The position numbers and the translations under genes are program-made. From the NCBI GenBank assembly GCA_017499595.2, contig CM038998.1, forward strand, positions 2,294,001-2,358,000: 64,000 nt of DNA, read 5' to 3'. The stretch is from Psilocybe cubensis. Taxonomy: Eukaryota. A model generated the notes under the pieces. It was not told where the DNA came from. It made no database searches and was given only the letters and a program-made list of their open reading frames with translations. This document shows, one piece after another, positions 55,463 through 64,000 of the stretch (position 1 is its first letter; every line of letters begins with the position of its first letter).

Positions 55463-57186
55463 ATGAAACTCACTAATCCGTTGCCGCAGCCTCTCCCAAA
55501 GGAATGCGAAAAAGCTGCAAAAATATGTGATACCCTACATCACTTCCTATAACACCACGTTCATTGACTCCATCCGTTTTTCTAGTCAAATCTTTCGTGA
55601 CTAGCGGCAATAATGGCCTTGATGGCGTCATACCACGAGAAATCCTGGAAAGAGCCAAAGGGTTTGCGATCTTCACCATAGTCAAAGCGGGTTTCGTCTT
55701 CTCTGCTAGAGCTGGAAGTGGCATCGTTATCGCCAGGTTGGACGACGGCAGTAAGCACTTTATGATGATATTCCATATATATTCTAACCCATGCATTAGC
55801 ATGGTCTGCTCCGAGTGCCATAGGCACTGCGGGGCTCGGGGTCGGAGGTCAAGCAGGTGCAGAGATGACTGATTTTTTGATTGTCCTCAATTCTCGAGCT
55901 GTGAGTAAGAGCAACGCGATATCACCGCTAACATATCTTATATTCTGCTTGTAGGCCATTGTAAGTTTTTGCGTACCATAATCTCAAATTTTAGCATTCT
56001 AAATCTTGTACTTAGAGATCCTTTATGGCTGCTGGCTCATTAACTCTAGGTGGAAATATGAGCCTTGCCCTTGGCCCACTAGGCCGCAACGGTGAGGCAT
56101 CTGGAAGCTTAAGTACAAATGGCAAGGTAGCCGCAATGTATGGTCCAAACTTCTTCACTATGTGACTGATTTCCGAAATAATACTTACAAACCATTGTAG
56201 GTATAGCTATTCGAAAACTCGTGGCCTCTTTGGAGGCGTCTCTGTTGAAGGTTCAGTCATTGTCGAACGTCAGGACGCCAATGCTCAGGCTTACAATTCG
56301 CCGGTGACTGCCAGGCTTCTGCTCGGAGGCACCGTGGATCGTCCTCAGTGGGCAATGCCTTTGATTAAAACCTTGGAGGCCTGCACCGGGATGCCTGGAA
56401 ATCGCGAATGGATAAATGACGATGCTGACCGGACACCGGGCGGTACATATGCTTTCGGAGGTGTTTCGAGCCCCGATTCAGTCTCCAGAACATCCTCTAG
56501 ATCCCCATCTTTTCTACGAAAGAAGAAAAAAGCCGAACCACCTAGCTTCCCACCTGCTTCATGGGGTACAGAAATAAATGGAGGCTCCTACTTCAGCGAT
56601 CCAGCGCCCCAGTCTCATTCGCGAAATATGACCTGGGATGGAGGCAACCGAACCAACGTCGATCCGTTTGGTTCACCAAATCCGATGGATCAATCTTACC
56701 AGTCTGCTATACCTGTAACATCAGCAATTTCCGCAGATTCCATGCATCGTCGGGCATCATCATTATCATATTCATCTTCAACAGAACCGGGGAATCCTTT
56801 CTTGCCGTCGACAACTACTCAACGCAATGCGCCAGTCCCATACATCAAACCTAGAATAGAATTGACCACTCCTTTACCCCGACATGAAGGTGTTGCTCGT
56901 GCAATTGCCATATATGATTTCCAAGCTGCGGAGGCAAGTGTCGTCTCTCCAGTAACATTCCTTTAGATATATTTGACATTGTTTTGTAGCCGGGTGATCT
57001 TTCATTCCGCAAGGGTGATGTCATTGTAATCACGAAGAAGAGTGACACTACAGACGATTGGTATGCACTAAGTATCTTTGATATCTATAACATCCCATTC
57101 TCTTATCAATATGGCTTCACAGGTGGACAGGGAAAAACAACGGCCAGGAGGGGATTTTTCCAGCCAATTTTGTGGATATAGTGTGA
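55463..57186 (+). CDS. YSC84: SYLF + SH3 domain protein Ysc84/Lsb3 (SH3YL1)
   Basis: NPLPQPLPKECEKAAKI, KAGFVFSARAGSGIV, WSAPSAIG, YSYSKTRGLFGGVSVEG; SH3 AIYDFQAAEPGDLSF...WWTG...GIFPANFV. Confidence 0.93.
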
Positions 57187-57447
57187 TACCTCTCTCTTGT
57201 GCACGCTTATTCACTCACAATTTCACCATTCTGCGGAGGAATACAATGGAACGTTTTATACAACCATCATGTAATCTCTAGTACTCGCTCATTGAAAGGG
57301 CGGGAATCATAAATCCCCAATGTAATGTGATCATCGCCGTGTATCGAGTATACAATATATGCGTACAACTGTAATAATTAATATAAATACAAATTTCAAG
57401 ATGGATGGTGGTGCATGTAAGAATTACATCGGGTAATGCATCACAGC

Positions 57448-59214
57448 TTATGTCTGCATTTGATAAAGTTTAACACTTTTCACTTCCCAATCTATTAAAT
57501 AAACATTAAGTAATATGCGGTTTAAACAAGGCGGAACACCCTTACAAGCGTTGGCCATTGCTCCTCCATTTGCACGCACGAATGCCTCACAAGTGGAGAC
57601 ACCCGTTCGCTGGGCGCAACTTTGCTCTTGTCCAGGAATTCCAGCAGTGTTCCACACAGCTCCTGCCCAGTCTCCGCTTTAGGCAGGATATTTTTAATTA
57701 GACCTCCAATTAATGGGAGATGAGAAGTTAACAAGGAAACGTACCAAAGTGTCGTATCAAAAATTGCGTTGTGATTGCTGAAGAACTTGAACGGATCACA
57801 GGATGCAGCAGGCCATCTTGCCAGAGCCGCGCCCCAGCTATCTGGTTGAGGAGCATCTGACGAAATATCGGCGGGCTCTGTACCGCGTGCAAAAAACCAC
57901 ACAGCTATACCGCTGGAATCCCATTTCACTAATAATCTATGATTAGACACACAGGGTTATAAAAGGAGATGTATTTTGACATACTGGCATAGATGCCGCC
58001 ACCGTTAGAATTGAATCCAGGACCAAAACTGTTGCTTGAACTAGCACGTATTCCACAACCTTGGTTGCCAGTTGTCAGGGCAGCGCAATCTGTTCCAGCG
58101 ATTACGCTTCCCGTAATAGCAAGGGTGCTTGAGCTTGTACTGGCTAAAGTACAGCCGCTGTTCGTGTGAATGGTGGCTTGATTGTTGGTATAGTCGTGTA
58201 CCCCTTCTACGATGTCGATTTCTCCTCCAGCAGGCCAATTTGGGCCTGACGTTACTCAGGGATGTACTTTGTACAAAGGAATTACTACTCACCATTGGTC
58301 CAAAATGCACTAATAGAAACAAAGTGTGAAAAGATATTTGCTGAGCAAAAATGAATTAAATACTTACGGCCAAATTCCACAGCCTGTAGGCATATGCACG
58401 GAATCCATAATAACCAATCCTCCAGTAAACTGTGCTTTCGTAGTGATACGAACGCTTTTTCGATTGCCTGATACAGTGCCGGTGGTTTCAACTCGCATCA
58501 CAGCGTTTCCTTGGCCGTTTATTTCCAGAAGTCCATTTGAGCGCTACACAATGATGTGGATTGGTATCAGAACATTGAAATAACAGGAAATATATGTACG
58601 CACTGCGGTATTTTCGTCAACATAGTCCACAGTCCCTAATAAAGACGAATGTAAGATCAATTCAGATTCTGCTATAGGAAGGCTGACCGTGCGTTGGATC
58701 GTCGCCAATAAAGAAGTCCCAACCATCGAAGAAATTATTTCCTTGCTGTTAATATAGTCAGAATGATCACATCTTTGCAAATAAAGAGAGATACATAGGA
58801 GTTGGTCAGTTTCCACAATGAAGGTGGCAAAGTGGCAGTGGCCGAAGGACTGGAACTGCTCGCGCTCGACAATGGTCTTCGGGATGTACTACTCCCAGAG
58901 CCAATAACCGTTGTCTGGCGACCACTCGTCCCAACAGCACTGCTGGTATTTCCATCCGCTCCACCAGAGTCGTCTCCGCCGCCATTGAAAGGGGCCTGCT
59001 TCCCGGATTTGCAATACACGATATGTTCATTGGTCTCTGTGCGCGGCAAGAGAATACCACGAAAAGCCAAACGAAGGTCGGACGCCAAGTTGTGTGTTCT
59101 TCGAATAGTACTATGATGAAGACCGCGGATGGCCGCAGGGACCAGTGTCCGGGACGCCAATGATAGGTTTATTAACAATGATGCATAGATGAGGAGTTTG
59201 GCGATCACAATCAT
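57448..59214 (-). CDS. Secreted GH16 endo-1,3(4)-beta-glucanase-like protein
   Basis: Signal peptide; S/G/T-rich linker; RKSVRITT; HMPTGCGIWPAFW; catalytic GEIDIVEG; IFDTTLCGDWAG. Confidence 0.92.
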
Positions 59215-59488
59215 TGAGAACGTCTAGAAATGTGCAAGGTTTGAAGAGGTAGCAAAGAGCGGAAAAGTCTAAAAGCAAATCAAGCAGACGTGGGCTCAGC
59301 CCAACTTGAAAGTGCAATAAGAAGTGGAAGAGAATAGATCGGCGAGAAGAGAAAGATTGGTGGCTTCAATTGCGAACTCCATGCTACTCCATGCAAGGTA
59401 CACGAGGCGGAGGCACGGCCTGACTAGCCCGGCCAGATTATATTGTATTTGTTTATAAACAAAAAGGTGTACTGCGTATCAAATAATT

Positions 59489-61329
59489 CTACCAAGGCTT
59501 TCCTTTCCAAACTGCACCTTCCTTCGCCAAAATACCTTCTACCACGTTTCGGGCGCTTACAACACAACCTTCTAGGAGTGGGATTCCAAGATGTGCGTAT
59601 GATCCGCAAATCCATATTCCGGGATTGTATCCCTTTAATACAGTTGAATTTCCCTGCAACTCTCCTAGACGCGTTCTACTCTCATAAGAACACTGCCACC
59701 ATTTCTTAGATTCTTGTACGCAAAGGGACTGTAGGGCAGCTTTGCTCCTTCTTGTGACGATTGCCCTGTCGAGCTTGGAGACGCTAAGAATGCTCTCTTC
59801 CTTGGGTGCAATTATTGGATTGGTCGTTTGATATACGCGCGGTGCAGTATGCGGATACTCCTTCGGTGTTGACAGGACGTGTGTTGCCATTGTATATGAA
59901 GGCGAAACACACAGAGTACCGAAAGCCTTAGAATTTTGCATCTCGTAAAATCGAGAACTGGAATGGAAGGGATGGCTGATAAGGTTAAGATCGCGGACGT
60001 CTGCGCTGTTGTCTGGCAAGAGAGTGTCGTCTGTGTGGTTGACAACGATTGATTTGCGGTAATCAAAGGCCTTTAAACAGTTTATTTGCCTTTCTACGTC
60101 GTCTCTGTGACTCGATTGGGCTGGCATGGATTGGAGGTAGTTGGATAAAATAGGAACTGCCCCCGAAGCTTGCGTGGCCAATATAACGTGATGGAAGCCA
60201 TTATATTCTGTCGTTTCCTCGTTGACTAGACAAGATATTGACACACAATGAGGATCATCTCTGTCGCTTTGAATTGACATTATTGGAGAGGATAAATGCA
60301 GATGCCTGATTCCAGCAGTTAGACGAGATACCACATCTCGAACGCCGCCAACGACAACATAGTGATGTGTCCCGAGAGTCAGCCATATATAATCTGGTTT
60401 CAAGATAATAAGTAATCTAGAAGATATTTTTCAGTTTAGGTCAAATACCTAAGAATTCCTCTACAGGATGGTTCAAAATGTCCTCTGCTGGGGCAGTGCA
60501 GACGGCGGAAAAAAGAGGAATTAACGTTGAATGCACATAGTCAATCCACATCAAGTCCAATCCAATCCTTTTGAAAATAAATCTGTGAGGGGTCGACCGT
60601 GAAGCCCAGTCGCGAAAGGTCATAGTCGAGATGTCGGATGACCTCCACAGTGGCAGAGAGTGGTATAATGTTATGGCATAACATATTATGAGCTGCAGGG
60701 TATAAAGCAGGAAGAGACCGGTTGCCCAGATATTGCGAAGTGGGTTTTGGAAAGAAGTGACTTGTTTATCCGCATCGACATTACCCAGTGAAGAGGGTTT
60801 ACTGACGCCTGCGCGACCTGATCCTCCATTGTATATCATGGTAGTAATAATGGTCCTGTCTTGTCCTGCCTTCTCTGAAAAGAGTAAAGAAGAAAATGAA
60901 TATGAAACATCGGCTTGTCGAAAACGAACGCCTAAGCGTTGGTATAGTGCAATTAAATTTTTATAGTACCCTGATCCCGGACAGATAAGAAGATTAGGGA
61001 GGTTTGGAATGTAACTATTAGATATAGTGGGATTACTCACCGCCTTGAAACGATCTCATAGGAACATCTACACGCCAGTCGTCTTCAGAGGCGGTATTGT
61101 TACCCGTCAGTGAAATGGAAGCCGAGTCCATGCCAATTGCGGACGACTGAAAGCAAACTGTAAAACTCGTGTACAAGACAGATGGTATCAAACCACTTGC
61201 CTTCTCGAACAAATGGACCTCGAAATCGACACCATCCCCTTGAGATTCCTTGGCCAATAAGTGGGCAGCTGTTAGCCCTGCGAGACCCGTTCCAATGACG
61301 GCGATTTTAACCGTTCGACCAGCTGGCAT
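59489..61329 (-). CDS. FAD-dependent oxidoreductase (amine oxidase-like)
   Basis: Rossmann KIAVIGTGLAGLTAAHLL; DVPMRSFQGGYY; HVILATQA; YQTTNP; WICGSYA..GIPLLEGCVVSA. Confidence 0.85.
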
Positions 61330-61964
61330 GAGGGTGAAGGAATTTGGTCTTGGTTACAGGAGCCTGGACCAGTAATCTGAATCGTCAGGATGTGTGAGTT
61401 CTGTGAGTTGAGCTGGTTGCTCTACAAGAAAAACACAACAGCAGATACTAGAAGACCAAGGAGTCGTATTATCCCGACCCAAGGTAACGTAAAAGCTTGC
61501 TGACAGCCGTACAGCGAGGCAATAGTCAAACACACTTCGGTTCAGCGTTCGGTCAACGGTTGTTGGGTATCCCCGATGTTACTAGCAATAATTGTGGGAG
61601 ACGCAACATATATTGATCCCGTTCCCATCCCGAAGTGAACGTCGATTAAATCAAAATTGGTATCAGTGTAAAATATAGAGAAGGCTAGGCAATGCTCCGG
61701 GATAACAACCTTCCGGACCTTGCCCTGAGAATTGTTTTTTCTATTTTTGGCCATTTTGGCTTAAGGACGTCGATCACGGCTATTTCTTATATTACGTGAC
61801 TGCGGTCAGAGTCGATCAGCTTGCCAACTTGCCTACTTTAAACCTTAATACATTGTGGCCATATACGGCGGCATACTGCCCAAGGTTCCAATCGCGAGGA
61901 TGCTGTATTACATTTACAAGTACAGAACGGTAACATAATAATATGGCAAGGAAGCTGGAAGGGC

Positions 61965-63730
61965 TCAGTCAAGACGTCTCCGCTTGTCTCTTGGATTGTC
62001 ATTGGATTCTGTTGTCCGCTCTCGCGAACGTCGCCGTGATGAACTAACATCATTTCTCGGTCCCCTTGGTGCCATCTTGTCGCCGTTCCTTGAATCCTCA
62101 AAACTCTCATCGCGTCCTCCCCATCTTTTATTCCTATCGTCTTTCCAATCAACCCCTTTCCCACTTTGTTTGTCCGGCCTTTTCCATGAAGAGCCGTCAC
62201 CACTATCATGCCGTTGATTTAAAGAATGCATTGCATTGGCACCGGTGGGACGGCCTGTTTCATTGTTTTGAGGGCAATCTAAATAAGCATATTAGTGTGG
62301 CACAAAGGTCGGAGAAAATTACACCATACCCTTTTTCAAATGAGGACCGCCGCATAAGAAGCAGCCTCCGCCTTCTAAGCCAGTTCCACCAGATTTTACA
62401 GGGGCGACACCTCCAAACCCACCCGTACTAACTGAAGTGTCTTGATCCAGCAAGTGGGTATATTTAGTCCGACTTCGCTTCCCAAAGTTCTTGACTTGCA
62501 TGACCTTTGGAAGTAAGGAAACGTCCACAGTCGATTCCGTGGCCTCAGTAAAATCGTGTCGCTTGAGAATTTCCTCGTCCTGAAACGGTTGCGTCAGGCT
62601 TTGTGTTAAGGATGTTGTTAATGTAACATACCTGATGAAATGCGCCTTTGTGCCAATATTTTTGCAAAAACTTTTGTTGGCCTTTGGGTTTCTCTTCCCT
62701 GAGCTTTTGAGCTCGTTCGAGATCCTCTTTCATTCTCTGTTCTTCCGGCATTGCTCTTCTTCGCTCAATTTCTTCGCGCTCTTTTTCCCTCTGCAATTCG
62801 TCCTCTTTTTCCTTCTTTATTCTTCCTAATTCACGTAGCCTCCAGGCTTCAAATTCCGCAGCGGGGTCAAGGCCATCAGTATCATCCACGTCAGGTATCT
62901 CTTCCTCTTTCTCCTCTAAGAAAAAACGTGGAGATAAATTAGCAAAGTGACACAGGAGAAATTTCAGCATGCTCACTTTCTGCGAGTTCGCGTCGTATAC
63001 TCTCTGCAACCATGTCATGGCTCTGCTTCCGACGTTCCTCTGCCTCCAATTCCTTTTTGCGTAAAGCCTCCTCCGTATCTTGTGCTATGCTCTCTTTTTC
63101 GACAATAGTCGCGCGCGCTCGCCTACCTAAATGAGCATCTGGAAGAACAGGGCATTTAGACCGACGTACTTTGGAACGAATACAGGTCTAAATTCAACTT
63201 CCTCCTCCTCTGATTCGGACTCATATTCGCTAGACTACCTTAAGTCAAACTCGGACCGCAATTGACAAAAGAGTGTCTGCAAACCTCGTCTTCGTCCACT
63301 CGTGGTTTAGTCTCTTCCTCTTCCTCTTCCTCTTCTTCTTCAGATTCTGTAGAGTATTGTAATTGATGTGATTATGCCAGAAAAACTGAGGAATATAATA
63401 CCCACCTTCCTCTTCCTCTTCAATGGTACGTCCAGACTCTTCCCGTCCAGCTACGATCACTTTCCCCTCTTTTGAGACGCTAACGTCCTTCAAAGCAATA
63501 TTCATCGCCCTTGGAGCTGCCACATCCTTTGCATTTCTTGTCTTCAAGTCACTAAATTCGTCATCGTCTATTTCCTGGTCACCTAGCGGCACGTCCCCTT
63601 CCTCAAGATGAGAGGGCACTTCCTCAGCTTCCGAGTCTGATTCAACTTGAGCGCCTTTCGGTGCTTTTCCCTTCCAGTAACGCACAGCAGGCCGCGCGAG
63701 TCTAGGTGCCTGTTTTCGACTGCTAGACAT
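61965..63730 (-). CDS. MFAP1: Spliceosomal B-complex protein MFAP1/Spp381 with C-terminal zinc knuckle
   Basis: [91 protein letters not shown]. Confidence 0.92.
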
Positions 63731-63871
63731 TGTGACAGGCAATGAATGAAATTAGGTTAGTGAAGGGAATGTAATGAGCAAATGAAAGTTATTGGCAAGC
63801 CATTTTGTATCTCAGCTTCTACAAATAAGAGATTCACGTTCCGTAATTGTAGATTATGTAAGAGGCTGAAC

Positions 63872-64000
63872 ATGGACGGCCAAATTCTCCCAGGATCAAC
63901 AATATCTGATATTCGAGCGTCTGGGGGTATAGCTGGTGAGAAAAAAAATTGCAACTTGCGAATGAAACTTGAGAAGCAATATAACATAGACGTAACAGGA
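63872..64000 (+). CDS. Possible 5' end of a gene divergent from MFAP1
   Basis: aacATGG start, MDGQILPGSTISDIRASGGIA, then a 54-nt GTGAGA...CATAG intron continuing in frame (DVTG) to the window end. Confidence 0.3.
   Translation, partial: MDGQILPGSTISDIRASGGIAGEKKNCNLRMKLEKQYNIDVTG

Overview
Gene-dense, intron-rich eukaryotic DNA from a basidiomycete fungus, probably an Agaricomycete mushroom. Most introns are 45-65 nt and GT-AG; several are GC-AG, and there are many microexons. I hand-spliced about 24 protein-coding genes: a partial 2OG-Fe(II) oxygenase, an RRM/zinc-knuckle SR-like protein, a GIGYF/Smy2-like GYF protein, an acetyl-CoA transporter, a GH43-CBM35 galactanase, a mitochondrial dicarboxylate carrier, SUB2/UAP56, a ~10 kb STK-AAA-GAF hybrid histidine kinase (~60 introns), PHO85 with a polyQ tail, UTP5, RIC1, UPS1/PRELI, a peroxisomal ABCD transporter, ATP11, LIP2, a MEP ammonium transporter, prenylcysteine oxidase, an F-box protein, a multi-pass membrane protein, LAS1, a type-I membrane protein, YSC84/LSB3, a GH16 glucanase, a FAD oxidoreductase and MFAP1. 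I found no transposons, tRNA/rRNA or CRISPR. The most notable signal is that the two outlier-long introns I found both lie in RNA-processing genes: SUB2 (326 nt, structured, AG-depleted) and the SR-like gene (205 nt). Both give premature stops if retained or mis-spliced, which suggests autoregulatory unproductive splicing. CDS coordinates are outer gene bounds (ATG to stop, including introns). All calls come from motif recognition by eye, not database searches.
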